A stretch of 64,000 nt of DNA from Raja brachyura (lineage: Eukaryota). The translations under genes and the position numbers were made by a program. The stretch covers positions 120,404,001 to 120,468,000 of the forward strand of contig OY740783.1 in NCBI GenBank assembly GCA_963514005.1. The letters are read 5' to 3'. Shown in pieces: positions 1 through 12,778 of this stretch; positions within the stretch are counted from its first letter, which is position 1; every line of letters begins with the position of its first letter. The notes under the pieces are model-generated. The model did no database searches. It saw only the letters and a program-made list of their open reading frames with translations, and was not told where the DNA came from.

Positions 1-268
1 TTGCTGGGCAGATGGATGGACTGGCTGCTGTTTCCTTGGTCACTCACCACCACACAGGTGTAGGTCCCCCCCAACTTTGGGTTACGCAGTTCTCCCAAGA
101 TCTGATACTTCCCTGGCCCTGACGTTACTGAAGTGTCGCTGCTGTTCGCAGGAAGCTTGTTATTTTGGGGATCAATCCATATGATTTTCGGGAAGGGTTG
201 TCCCTCTGCCAGGCACTGCACAATAGGCTGCGTGGTGTTAACAGATACCCAGAGGATGATGGGTGGGC
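1..268 (-). CDS. Siglec-15-like receptor, Ig C2-set exon (truncated by window edge; absent from ORF track)
   Basis: Acceptor ctttgttctcag, phase 1. Reads GPPIILWVSVNTTQPIVQCLAEGQPFPKIIWIDP…QILGELRNPKLGGTYTCVVVSDQGNSSQSIHLP, matching Siglec-15 domain 2 (CTAEGEPPP…W…GRYTC). Confidence 0.88.
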
Positions 269-619
269 CTGAGAACAAAGAAGCAACGCGTGGTTAAAGG
301 AAGTTGCCGGCATGTGGCGTAAACAACTTACAATGTTCTGTGGTGGGGTTGGTTTATTAAACAGGAACCCAGTGACCCATGGATGTGGGAACAAGCAAAT
401 GACCAAAACTAGAGCTCAAAGAAAGGGAAGTTACAGAACACAAGAGAGTTGAGCTCATTATTGAGGCTGACACTTCAGCATAGAAGTGTGGCTGATGCGG
501 CATTCGACTGATGCTTCATCCACCATCAGTTTAAGGCGAGAGAGGAATGATTTAATAGGAAACTGAGGGGCAACTTATGTACACAGAGGGAGGTGGGTGT
601 ATGGAACGAGCTGGTAGTT

Positions 620-1270
620 ATCTCCAACCTCCCTCCCCTTTCTGGATCTCACCGTCTCCATTACAGGAGACAGACTATCAACTGACATCTATTATAAACC
701 CACCATCTCCCACAACGATCTGAACTATACTTCTTCCCACCCTGCCTCCAGCAAAGGCTCTATCAAATTCCTCTGTCTACGCTTGTCCCTGCGGCCAAGA
801 TGAGGTGTTCCATATCAGGACATCCGAGATGTCCTCATTCTTTAGGGAATGGGGAGTCTCCTCTTCCATCATAGATGAGGCCATCACATGTGTCTCTTTA
901 TTATCCTGCAGCTCCACTCTTGCCCCCACCTCCCCCACAGTCGCAACAGGGACAGTGTCCCCCTAGTCCTCACCTTTCACCCCATCTGCCGTCACATACA
1001 ACACATAATCCTCTGACATTTTCGCCACCTCCAACAGGACCACACCACTGATCACATCTTCCCATCTCCACCCCCATTTGCTTTCCGCAGAGACCGTTCC
1101 CTTCGCAACTCCGTGGTTAACTTTATCCTTCGCACCCAAACCACCCTCTCCCCATGTACCTTCCCTTGCAACACCTGTCCCTACACCTCACCCCGTCCAA
1201 GAACCCCGACAGTCCTTTCAGGTGAGGCAGAGGTTCACTTGCACCTCCACCAACTTCAACTACTGTATGC
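620..1270 (+). mobile_element. Degenerate Penelope-like retroelement fragment (RT C-terminus to GIY-YIG start)
   Basis: TDIYYKPT-like segment and QSFQVRQRFTCTS motif; homologous to the copies at 24470, 34000 and 55000. Confidence 0.75.
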
Positions 1271-3503
1271 TGTCAAAGGGGCTGTTTCTGTGCTGTATGG
1301 CTCTATGCCTATCCTTTTTGTGAATGAACCTTGGTGAATAGTCACTTTTCCATGCCAGGGCATCTTTCACCTTCTACTTCTTCTTTCGTGTGGCGTGCAC
1401 AGCCTAAAACTTGTTCTATTTGATCTTCCGTTTGTGCACGTCGAGTTGATTGCATTAATCGAAACAAGGCAGACGACGTGAAGGTTGCCATCTTCCACCC
1501 CGCATCTTTCACCCAAGATAGCAGATAAGGCTTTAGATTTCCTCACTTAAGCCGATACCTATTCCTAAATAACTAAGCAAAAAGATTATCTGGTCATTAA
1601 CTCATTTCTCTGTGATCATGTTTGCTGCTTGGTTTTCCAACATTGTAACGGTGGCAAAGCTTCAATCAATGCGTTGGGCAAAACAGGGTCTGAAGCAGCG
1701 AGAATGGGTAGTCCAGTAGCCGGATCGTGGGTTCTGGAGGGATGACTCCTCTTCCCATTAGATGGATCATAGACTGGAACACAGCAGTAGGAGGAGGCTA
1801 CATAAGTCCTGGATCCTGGAACACCAATTAGTAGCTGGAAACCCACCTCCACTCAACTCCCAATACACTCTCCTTGGCTCCACAATCCCGGCGTAGGAGG
1901 ACCGCCACGAGGGAGGTTAGGGGGGAGAACAATGGACAATTGGGGAGGGAGGGAGAACAAAGGACAAAGGGGACCCGGCGTGGGAGAACTGCTTGTGCGG
2001 GGGGACAAAAGGTGGAGCCGGCGTGCTTTGTAACATTGTCAGCACCGTAAGTGTATTTGCATTCATTGGGCACGTGCAGCAAAGATTCTCACTGTGCCTA
2101 GTCACATGTGACAATAAAGTATTCCTATTCCATCTATTGATAAGGTTATAGAACCAAAAACATTCCTGTGTGAGTGGCCAGATACAAGACTGGGGAAGTT
2201 ACTGAGGTGGACATCACTGATGCAGAAGCAAAGGTCCTCCTCTGTGATCAGAGACTTGCTCCACTGAGAGACAAAGTGCTGGAGTGGCTCAGCGGGTCAG
2301 ACCGTCTGACCTGGGCATTTACTCCAGTGATCCGTGTCTTCTTTTGTAAACAAGCATCTGCAACTCCTTATTTCTATATTTCACTGCTCCACTGTGAAAT
2401 CTCCTCGGGGTATGCCTACTTTGAAGAAATTATCCTCCTCTATCCAACAGGAGCTCAATGAGACCCTCGCTCATGGCTCCCTCCTGTGATGTTCTCCACA
2501 GATGCTGCCTGACCCACTGAGCTACTCCCCTGTCTTCGCTTGCTCTATTGACATTAGTTCAACATCACCCTGGTTGCTGAGGAGTTGAAATTCAGTTAAT
2601 TAATTAAATCTGGACTAAAAAGCCATTTATGACCATGAAACAAATGGATTGTTGATGAACCCAATCTAGATCACTAATGTCTGATGGTGGAGGAAGCCTT
2701 CTTTCCATACTCAGCCTTGAAGAGCATTTAAAGGCTCATGTTGAGCATTTAAAGGCTTTGGGCCTGTACTTGCTGGATTTTTAGAAAGATGAGGTGGTGC
2801 CTCATTGATATCTACCATATAATGAAATCCTAGATAGAGTGGACATGGACGGGATGTTTCCAATAAGGGGAAAGGCCAGAACCAGAGACACAGCCTCAGA
2901 ATAAAAAAGTGGTACCTTTAGGATGGAGGTGCGGAGGAACTTCTTCAAGTTGAAGTTGAAGTTCAAGTTCACATTTATTGTCACATGCACCACTGTCTTT
3001 AGCCAAACTGTGGTGAATCTGTGGAATTCATTGCCTGTGGAGGCCTAGTTATTTGGTATTTATAAAGCGGAGATTGATAGTTTCTTGATTAGGAAGGGCA
3101 TCAGAGGTTTTGGGGGGATGGCAGGAGAATGAGGGAAAAACGTACCAGGGACAATTTACAATTTTACCGAAGTGGCACATCTTTTGAGTGTGGATGGAAA
3201 CCGGAGCACCCGGAGAAAACCCACATGGTCAATGTCATGATTGAATGGCGCAGTAGACCGGATGGGCCGAATGGTCTAATTCTAGTCCTATGTCTTATGC
3301 AGTTTTTTCTTACACAGATGGGAAAGCGAGTCTGATAATAGCGGTGAGAGAGACCTATAGGAGCAATTGTGGGGACAATACAACAGAAATAGAGAGAGGG
3401 ACAAACAGCGAGACTGACAAGAGGAGAGACAAAAGCAATACATAGAGGGGAGAGATAAACTAACAGAGACAGTGGTAAACTGAGTGGTGCTTGTGGTTTT
3501 TAC

Positions 3504-3905
3504 CTATAATTTCCAGGGTGATCCCAGGGTTGGACTCGTGCATGAACGCGTGTAATCCCTGGCGTTTGACTTCGACGCGGCAGAAGTATTGATCGCTGTC
3601 GCCCAGTGTAACATTCTCCACCTCCAGCGAGGCGACCTTCTGCCTCGGGTCTCCGGCCAGTTTGTAGCGGCCATTGATGTTTGTGTGAACTTCGTCCACG
3701 AACTTCTTGCCGCCCTGGCTCCTGTTGGTCACGTTGAACAAAACCGAGCCGGTGTAAAACACCGTCACCTTCCAGATGACAGTAATATCCACGGTCGTGT
3801 AGTCGGAGTAGGGGGATTTGAAAGTGCAGGGCAATACCACGGAGCTTCCGACAGTACTCGTCACCCTGTCCTGGACATGCACGAACACCGGCTCCTCCAA
3901 GCCTC
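3504..3905 (-). CDS. Siglec-15-like receptor, Ig V-set exon
   Basis: Acceptor tctcttcctgcag and donor G|GTAAAA, phase 1-1. VVLPCTF…VIWK…GRYKLAGDPR…SLEVENV…DQYFCRVEV parallels Siglec-15 (LPCTF…AIWR…GRFRLLGNPR…RYFCRVEF), including the sialic-acid-binding Arg. Confidence 0.9.
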
Positions 3906-4029
3906 CTGCAGGAAGAGAGAGAGAGAGTCAAAGAATGGTCCATCCGACAATCTACAGCACTGTATCAAACCTGTCTGGAAACCAAAAGCCTCCAACGCAA
4001 AAGAGAATGCAATGACGCCAGTGGAGATA

Positions 4030-4537
4030 TAGGGGTCAGCAGTAGAGTTGCTGCCTTGCAGCGCCAGAGACCCGGGTTCAATCCTGTCTACGGGTGCTAT
4101 CTGTATGAAGTTTGTACGTTTTCCCCGTGACCTGAGTGGGTTTTTTCCGTGTGCTCTGGTTTCCTCCCACACTCCAAAGACGTACCACTTTGGTGAAATT
4201 GTAAATTGCCCCTGGTGTGTAGGATAGTGCTAGTGTACGGGATGATCACTGGTCGACGCAGACTTGAAGTCTGAAGAAGGATCTGCCTTACAGCGCAAGA
4301 GACCCGTGTTTGATCCTGACTATGGACGCTGTCAGTGTGGAGTTTGTACGTTCTACCTGTGACCCCATGGATTTTCCCCATGTGCTCCAGGTTTCTCCCA
4401 CATTCAAAAGACTTGTAGGTTAATTGCCTTCTGTAAATTGCCCCTAGTATGTGGGATAAAACTAGCATACCATTGATAGCTCGTCGGAGTTGGACTTGGT
4501 GGACCAATGGGCCTGTTTCCAAACTGTATCACTAAAC
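4030..4537 (+). mobile_element. Two tandem tRNA-derived V-SINE-like copies
   Basis: B-box-like gggttcaatcc, V-domain-like gtttgtacgttttccccgtgacc…gtttcctcccac, CR1-like 3' end with (ctaaa)n tail; further copies at ~40585 and ~42980. Confidence 0.7.
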
Positions 4538-4541
4538 TATA

Positions 4542-5569
4542 GGTATGTTACAAAACTTACCTTGAGCAGCGCTGCAGTTCTGCCACTCCCCGTGTGTGCG
4601 ACTTTGGCGCCTTTCAGAGGGGGGCGGGCATAAAGTGCCGTTTTTCAACAGACCTGGAAAATCGATGAATGTCGGGCGATTTCGTTGCGGAAGAAAAATC
4701 GCTCGAACATTTCATGAATGAAGGTATTTTTAAATTACTCTAAATTATTTATTAACGAGTAATTTAAAAATCACCTTCAAAAGCCGTGAGAACTGACAAC
4801 CGGAAGGATTTTGCGTAGGGGAGAAAAAAAGGTAAATAGTTTATTTTTATATTAAAAGTTGGTTTTTCGGGAGGCTTTAATAATATTTTTATGTTGCGAA
4901 ATGGGGTCCCAAAAAATGTATGAACAAACAATATTTTTCCTCCCGACTTCACCGCTAACCGCAACGTTCCAATCCACCGCATTCCACTAAAACCCACTCG
5001 CTAGTTGATTTAAATGGCCATTAATTTACAGGAATCAAACACTAAATTCCTTCCATTTGGCCCAGAAATTCATGAAAATGAGATTTAAAAATTATGTTAT
5101 ATTGTGGATTATTGTGTGACTGTGATTTGGACACTTAGGCAATTTTTAAAAAGTTTATCTTTTCTTAAGAAATGGATAGATGTTTAGATCTACTCATTGA
5201 ATTTTGTAATTAGCTACAATTAGATAACTAACTAATTATATGCTTTAATTTCAGATCATCCAAGTAAGATTGTTTCATATTTGTTTCAGAATGCTTCAAT
5301 CTATAATAACTGAAAATTTCATTGAGTTCTCTTAATGTTTAAGAAAGTTATGGGCTTTTAACTTTTCCAGATCACAGCTTTTGAGTTAAGTCAATTGAAA
5401 GGCAATGGGGAGCAAGATGCTAATTTCCGAGTATTAAAATGACCATAACTTTCTTAATACTGAAGATATGAATGTAAATTAGGTGTCAAATTAAACTTCT
5501 TTTTATGCTTTATCTGATGGGATAAATTGCAGACTTGATTTTTTAAATCTCAAAATTTTGTAACATTGC
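4542..5569. mobile_element. Non-autonomous DNA-transposon-like element
   Basis: Imperfect terminal inverted repeats GGTATGTTACAAAA / TTTTGTAACATTGC flanked by TATA on both sides, inserted in a SINE tail; a partial copy of its right end lies at ~11540-11650. Confidence 0.65.
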
Positions 5570-8500
5570 TATAAACTAAACTAAAAGATCACATATCTTT
5601 TATCTATAAACTAAAGTATCTCATATCTGAATGGTATGAATCTAATGCAATGATTCATTGATGCATTATTGTCACATGTACCAAGGTACAGTGAAATTCG
5701 TTGTTTGTGCATACAATACACATAGTGCACAAATAGTCGCCACGTATCCAGTACCAACAAAGTACTGATTAGAGTCCCGATTGTCCCTGTTTGTTCTCGG
5801 CGGCAAACGGATTGAGTGTAGGTAGGCAGGGCTGGCCCTAGGCCGATTGGACCGATTTTTCCAAATTGGGCCCCCCGGCCAAGGGGGGCTCCGCGTTAAT
5901 TTTCCGTATTTCAGATGGAAATACAAATTTGCTTTGTTAAATAAAGATTTTTTAAAAAACATTGGCCATACGGATTTTTTTACAAAACGAACATAGATAA
6001 CAACCGCTGTGAATAATAAACAATGTGTTAACTGCTACTGTAGCAGTTAACAGCCAGTAGTTAACAAGTAGTTATACAATGGGTCATCAATGCATCGATC
6101 CACATTCCTCAGGAAATGCGTTAAATTGTGTCACTCGCTGCCACCGGAGCGGCCGAGACTCTGGTCTGGACACGGGGGGGTGTGGGAGTCTGCAGGGCAG
6201 CAAGCCCCAGCACCGCAGTGAACTCAGCCGTGAGTATTCAACGCTAAACGCCGGGAGCGGGCAGGCGGGCGGTGTGTGCGTGACAGGAGGGGGAAGGGGG
6301 GAGGGGAGCGAGAAAGGGTCAGATTTGTATGATATCGGCGGCGTACCGGCCCGCTCTTGGTCGGGGGGATAGAGTTAAAAGACCTAAAGCAGAAACGAAA
6401 GAGAACAGGCAGGATAAGTGTGAGAGGGAGACAATCTGAGGATAAACAGATCTGGGGGTTGTGTTAACTCGTTCGGTGCCAGTACAACAGCAGACCAGGT
6501 TGGAGGTTTGAGTCTGTGTTAACGTTGGTGTCGGGGTTAATGTCCTGGCCGGGGTATGGGTGGGATTTAACTCTGTCTGTGTCTATGTGTGTGTGTGTGA
6601 CTCTGTGTCTGTGTATGTCTCTGTGTTTCTGTGTGTGTGTGTCTCTCTGTGGCTATGTATTTCTGTGTCTCTGTAGCTGTGTTTGCAGGGCTGCCGACTC
6701 TCATGCATTTGGCCAAATTCTCATGCTCTCAAGCTGATCACAAATTTCTCACACTCTGTCGTGAGAAATTCTGTGATCAACAAAAATTTCAAAACTGCAT
6801 GGGCCGCAGGTGTTGGAGAGCCGGGGCTGAGGGAGGGATGGAAGCAGAAGTAGAAGCAGAAGCTGCGTTGGGGACAGATGCGGACCGTGAGCCAGAGCTG
6901 GCGAGTGTTTGCCGGGCTTGCACTCCGGCCATGGAGCAGCCTCAGTTCAAGAGTCCCGGGCTATCAGAGGCGTCCGAAGCGTTGCGCCACTGCCGTGAGA
7001 GTCTTTGTGCCGAATTCGCCCAGGTGATCAGGCATGGATCAGGCTGCGGCTCGGTGCATCCTGGAGGACAACCCAAAGTAAGTACCAAGCACTGGGTAGA
7101 AGCGGTGGAAGATAGTGGCCTTCAAATGGGGGTGGTTGGAGACAGCATCTGCTTGCCTGCTAGATTTTCACTTACTGTAACTGCAGGAAAAATGTTCCCA
7201 ATGTTGGGGGAGTTCAGAACCAGCAGTCACAGTTAAAAAATATAGGGTAGGCCAGTTAGGACTGAGATGAGGACAAACGTTCTTCATGCAGAAAGTTGTG
7301 AATCTGTGGAATTCTCTGCCACAGAAGGCAGCGCAGGCCAATTCACTGGATATTTTCAAGAGAGAGTTACATTTAGCTCTTGGGGCTAGCAAAATTAAGG
7401 GATATGGGGAAAAAATAGGAAAGAGGTACAGATTTTAAATGAACAGCCATGATCATATTGAATGGCAGTGCTGGCTCGAAGGGCTGAATGGCCTATTCCT
7501 GCACCTATTTTCTATGTTTCTATGCTTGAGTATATGGCAATAAAACTCGATCACTTGCTTTTGAAGTATTCATGCATGGTGGAGGTATAATGTAGTCATA
7601 GAGTGATACAGTGTGAAAACAGGCCCTTCAGCACAACTTGCCCACACCCGCCAACATGTCCCAGCTACACTACCTGCTGTTGGTCCATCTCCCTCCAAAC
7701 CTGTCCTATCCATGTATCAGTCGAACTGTTTCTTAAATGTTGGGATAGTCCCTGCCTCAACTACATCCTCTGGCAGCGTGTTCCAAACACCCACCACCCT
7801 TTGTGTGGAAAAAGTTACCCCTTAAAAAGTTACCTTTTAAAAATACTTAAAACAAAAAACATTGAAATCACACTTCTACAATACACTAAAACATGATTTT
7901 AATACATAAAATTTCAAAAAGTCCCCCCTCCCACACCCTCCCCCCACTTGGTATCTCCACTCCCTTGCCGGGTATCCCCAAAGCCAGTGATCCGTAATCA
8001 CTCAGCCTCCCCACTTCAAAAAACGCTCTGTGGCCCCTGGTTCAGACAGAGATCACTGTGAGATGTGAGCGGGGAACTTCAATGTAAAAATAATTGGGAA
8101 TGGGGAGCATTGGAACAAAAATTTGCCCTTGGTACATATCAACTGTAATAAAATAATGTACGCATGTTGGTAGGTGCAATCAAAAAAAAAATCTTTTATT
8201 CATTGTTCTGTTATGAATACCACAGAAAGCATTATGTACGCTCAAAATCACATTTAATAAAATAATATTACTTAAATATATAATTATCGGACTTTGCATT
8301 TCGGAAAAGTCCCAGCTGAGAGGTAGACAGCAAAATACTGAAAATATTGGGGGTGAAAATGACTTCAGGACAGTTTGTTAGGAAAATGAAGGAAATGGTA
8401 AAAGAATACTTATGGAGCAGAGTGAGTATAATTTTATGGATGAGAAATTGTGTTCAACCAATAGACGACTTATTTGACAAAGTAACTAGCATGTTAGATA

Positions 8501-9421
8501 ATAAGGACGCCAATGGATGTGGCAAATGTTGTTATACAAAATTTGGTCTATGAAGTGCCCCATAAAGGATTACCGCATTAGATAAGCACCTGTGGACTTG
8601 AACGTAATAGGTTAAGTCCAGGGGGTCAGATATGGGGCTTTATGTGTGGGCCAGATATATTGTCAGTGCAGAGGGGCTGGGAGCAAGGCCAAGTGTGCAT
8701 CCAGATCAAGGTCTGGAATAGTACTAGGTGTGCAGTCAAAGCTGGGACTAGGTGTGCAGTCAAAGCTGGGACTATGCGTGTTCAGCGCTGGGAACCTAAG
8801 CAGGTAAGCAGCTATGATCAGGGTAGAATAGGGGGCCAGGTGTAAGGTTGGACTCAGGGTCAGGAATGAAGGAAGGTATGCAACTGGAGTCAGGGTCAGG
8901 AGTAGTACCAGGTGTGCAGTGAGACCCAGGTTGGTCAACATGGGCTAAGTATTTGATTGTAATCTGATTTCCATACATGAATATGTTAAGACCATTCATG
9001 TGCTGCACCTGTTGATCAGAGCCTGGCTCTACTGTGGAATGTAATTAGGAATATAAAATAGCCTAACCTTATTCATAGCTAATCCAATTTAAAGCAGAAA
9101 TATTGCATTCAAGTGTAAGTTAAAAGACTCGCTACAGTATGCACCAGATTGCACAATTTTAAGCTGAACAATGTGAAAGCTCCGTACCAACGCAACGCTC
9201 CCTCAGGCTTGGTCTCTCGCAATTTCTCACTCCCAACTCTCACCCATTGTTGGCAGCCTGTGTTTGTGTGTCTCTATCTGCGTGTGTGTCTCAGTCTGTG
9301 TGTGTGTGTGGGGGCCGTGGAGAGACAGAGAGGGGGGATTTTCAGTTGCAAACCAACACTGCTCGGCTCTCACACACACACTCGTGGAGTGAACTGTAGA
9401 TATAAACATGGCTGGGGGTAG

Positions 9422-9580
9422 NNNNNNNNNNNNNNNNNNNNNNNNNNNNNNNNNNNNNNNNNNNNNNNNNNNNNNNNNNNNNNNNNNNNNNNNNNNNNNN
9501 NNNNNNNNNNNNNNNNNNNNNNNNNNNNNNNNNNNNNNNNNNNNNNNNNNNNNNNNNNNNNNNNNNNNNNNNNNNNNNNN
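9422..9580. other. Assembly gap (N run)
   Basis: Run of n. Confidence 1.
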
Positions 9581-10954
9581 CCCTTCTGCCTCACCATCAC
9601 TGTTGGCTGCCCTTTGTGAGGTGATTGGAGACCAAAACCAGTTACCATTTAGATCTCCCTCCCCCTCCCTCTCACTACCTCCCTCCCCCTCCCTCTCCCT
9701 CTCCCTCCTTCTTTAGAGAGAGGGAGAGGATGAGGGAATGAAGGGGGAAGATGGCGGAGGGGAGAGAGGAGTGTGCCTTGCTTGGTGGAGAAGCGGGATG
9801 TGGGAACGCTGAACGCAGGTGCTGACTCACTCTCACACTGGGACCCCCCCCCGTCATTGCGCAGTCTATCTGACTCCCTGCACCCCCCGCCCCCCCACCC
9901 CCTCTATGGAGCGAAGGAAATATGCAACATTTCGGGTCGAAACCCTTCTTCAGACCTGGCCCGAAACGTTGGCTATTTCCTTTGCTCCATAGATGCTGCC
10001 TCAAGCCCTGTCCCACTGTGCGAGTTCACCCAAGAGCTCTCCCGAGTTTAAAATCACTGTGGAGCATCTCTGTCCCCATCTTCAAATTCCCACTTTGAAA
10101 TAAAATACAATTTTCGACTTAAAATTTTCGCAGCAGGATCTGCGCATTTTCTATCATCGTTCGATTCAGTGTAATTTTCACACCTGGTTGATATAGTTTA
10201 TTTTAAATATACAGTACATTAAAATAAATAGTTTCAAGCATACCCGGTACTAAATGCACGAACATTAAGGTGGTTACTGATGTAATAAATGGTTATAAAT
10301 GAATATAATTTCAAAGTGAAATAGGAGATTTCCGTGGAAAGAATATTTAACCAGAATATGGTGAGGTCGCTAAAGTATCTATACCTTGGGACTTGTCTGA
10401 ATGAGTACTGAGATGGATTATCATTCCACACCAAACTTCTTAGACAATAATACCTTTTATGCAATTATCACAATAGTTTGTTGGATATGGATCAACAGAC
10501 TCTGTATGGTACATGCTCATAAATTAGTAAAACAAATGTTCTTCTTTAAGTATTGTTGTTTCTGGGATGGGGTGACTGATAACAAATGTCATATTTTGTG
10601 ATATTTATTGAGATAGAAAGATACAACTGAGTTTGGGCAAGATATTACCTTGCAACATTCTGTATGTCTGATAGATATTGTGAAATGGAACTCAGAAATT
10701 ATGGGAGGATTACATAAAACTACAATTCAAAGGCAATGAATATACAGAGTATTCTTATTTCCATCATGAACATACAATAGTGATATAGGATACCAGGTCC
10801 TACTACAGTAAACTCACGAGCTACTACGGTATGACTACGTGTTAAAAGGTATCAAATTTTTACATCCTGAGTATATTTTACTCGTGGATATTTTTCAACA
10901 TGTTGAAAAATCTTCACGCGTTACCATGTTTCCCAAGTAACTGCCGTTAGCGCT

Positions 10955-11535
10955 AAGAAATGGCATGTTGGCCTTTATAACAAGAGGAATCAAATATAGG
11001 AGCAAAGAGGTCCTTCTGCAGTTGTACAGAGTTCTAGTGAGACCGCACCTGGAGTATTGTGGGCAGTTTTGGTCCCCTAATTTGAGGAAGGACATTCTTG
11101 CTATTGAGGGAGTGCAGCGTAGGTTTACAAGGTTAATTCCCGGGATGGCGGGACTGTCATATGCTGAGAGGATGGAGCAGCTGGGCTTGTACACTCTGAA
11201 GTTTAGAAAGATGAGAGGGGATCTCATTGAAACATATGATTGTTAAGCTTTTGGACATGCTAGAGGCAGGAAACATTTTCCCGATGTTGGGGGAGTCCAG
11301 AATCAGGGGCCACTGTTTAATAATAAGGAGTAAGCCATTTAGAACGTAGACGAGGAAACACTTTTTCTCACAGAGAGTGATGGAATGCTCTGCCTCAGAG
11401 GGCAGTGGAGGCAGGTTCTCTGGAAGCTTTCAAGAGAGAGCTAGATAGGGCTCTTAAAAATAGCGGAGTCAGGGGTTATGGGGAGAAGGCAGGAACGGGG
11501 TACTGATTGGGGATGATCAGTCATTATCACATTGA
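10955..11535 (+). mobile_element. CR1 LINE 3' fragment
   Basis: LYRVLVRPHLEYCGQFWSP…VQRRFTRLIPGM…RGDLIE, the CR1 ORF2 C-terminus. Confidence 0.85.
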
Positions 11536-12674
11536 ATGAATGTGATATGAAAGTGAATTAGGTGTCAAATTAAACTTCTTTTTATGCTTTATCTGATGGG
11601 ATAAATTGCAGAGTTGATTTTTAAAGTCTCAAAATTTTGTAACATTGCTGGAAAATGTACCTGCATCTTGGAGGCCGAAGGTTAGGTTGTTAGCCAAGAA
11701 AGATAGACTTCATTATCCCTCAGTACAGCAACATCAAGAACGATGTTACTGTACTGGGGGATGGCCAAGTCTATCCCTCATTGCTAGCATCTGATGGGAA
11801 GCGGATCTGTCCAGGGGTAAAGTTGCGGGGAGGGCAGGAGGGTTGAGACGGAGGGGGTCGGCCGGTGATCATCCAGCTCAAGAGCGGGTCAGCGGGTCAG
11901 CGGGCGATGGATAACAGGACAGCGGGCGGTGGAGCTTACTCCAAATGTCAGTGCGAGTAACCTCAATTGATCCCTTGATCGCGCTGACACAGGAGTAAGC
12001 TCCACCGCCCGCTGTGATGTTATCCATCACCCGCTGACCCGCTCCGCTCTATGATCTTTGCTCTTGAGCTGGTCCCCTCACTGTTCAGACGGAGAGCACT
12101 GCCAGATGTGAGCGGGCCGGCAGAAGGCGCTGAGATGGCAGCCGGTTCCACTGTCCGGTGATGGAGGCCGCTCGTAGCCACGCGAGCTGCTTCCCTCCCC
12201 GGCCACAATGCGGTGGCTCCGTGCCCGGAGCGCCGCGGCAGCGGTGAGTGAGCGGGTTACTGGCATGAATCCCGACCCAACTCCTTCTCAACTCCTCGCA
12301 ACTTTACCCCTGGCTAGACTCCCCACACGCTGTGAAAGAAACTCTCCCCGAATTGTCATGTTACTCACGACATGTGACTCATTTATAATTATTTATTTAT
12401 ATTTCTATGAACATTTTTACCAATTGGGCCCCGCACCTCCTAAGGCCGACCCTGTAGATAGGCAATGTGGACAACATGGACTCGGTAGGTCAATGGGCCT
12501 GTTTCTGTGCTGTCCCATTGTACATGAGTCATAAACGACACAGTAAAAGAATGATCAAAGGGAAGTTGTGATGATCTCATGGGATGGACAGCTGACGCCA
12601 CGTGTTGTGCACTGTACTCATCAGCCAGCCCCGGTGAGTGGCTGGGAGTCAGTTATCACAAGGTATGTACAGGC

Positions 12675-12778
12675 GGGAAACCCCCACAAACTCCCACCCA
12701 CCCGGAGGGACTGAAATAATTCGGCCAGCGACTCTCTTGAGGAAAGGATTTTCCCCACGGCCCTCACCGTAATTCCCC
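12675..12778. promoter_or_regulatory. Cluster of three NF-kB-like sites in Siglec-like intron 1
   Basis: GGGAAACCCC (12675), GGATTTTCCC (12746), GTAATTCCCC (12769) in apparently non-repeat sequence. Confidence 0.35.

Larger units (their letters stand above)
5827..12454. mobile_element. hAT-like non-autonomous element with nested insertions, in Siglec intron 1
   Basis: TIRs CAGGGCTGGCCCTAGG / CCTAAGGCCGACCCTG; 8-bp TSD taggtagg vs tagatagg (7/8); shared subterminal aattgggccc. Confidence 0.7.

Noticed and set aside
3500-4032. Overlapping 147-aa ORFs around the V-set exon
   Set aside because: Alternate or antisense frames of a GC-rich exon with no recognisable motifs
6631-7236. 201-aa ORF
   Set aside because: Chimera of a microsatellite, repeat sequence and a CR1 fragment, with no domain
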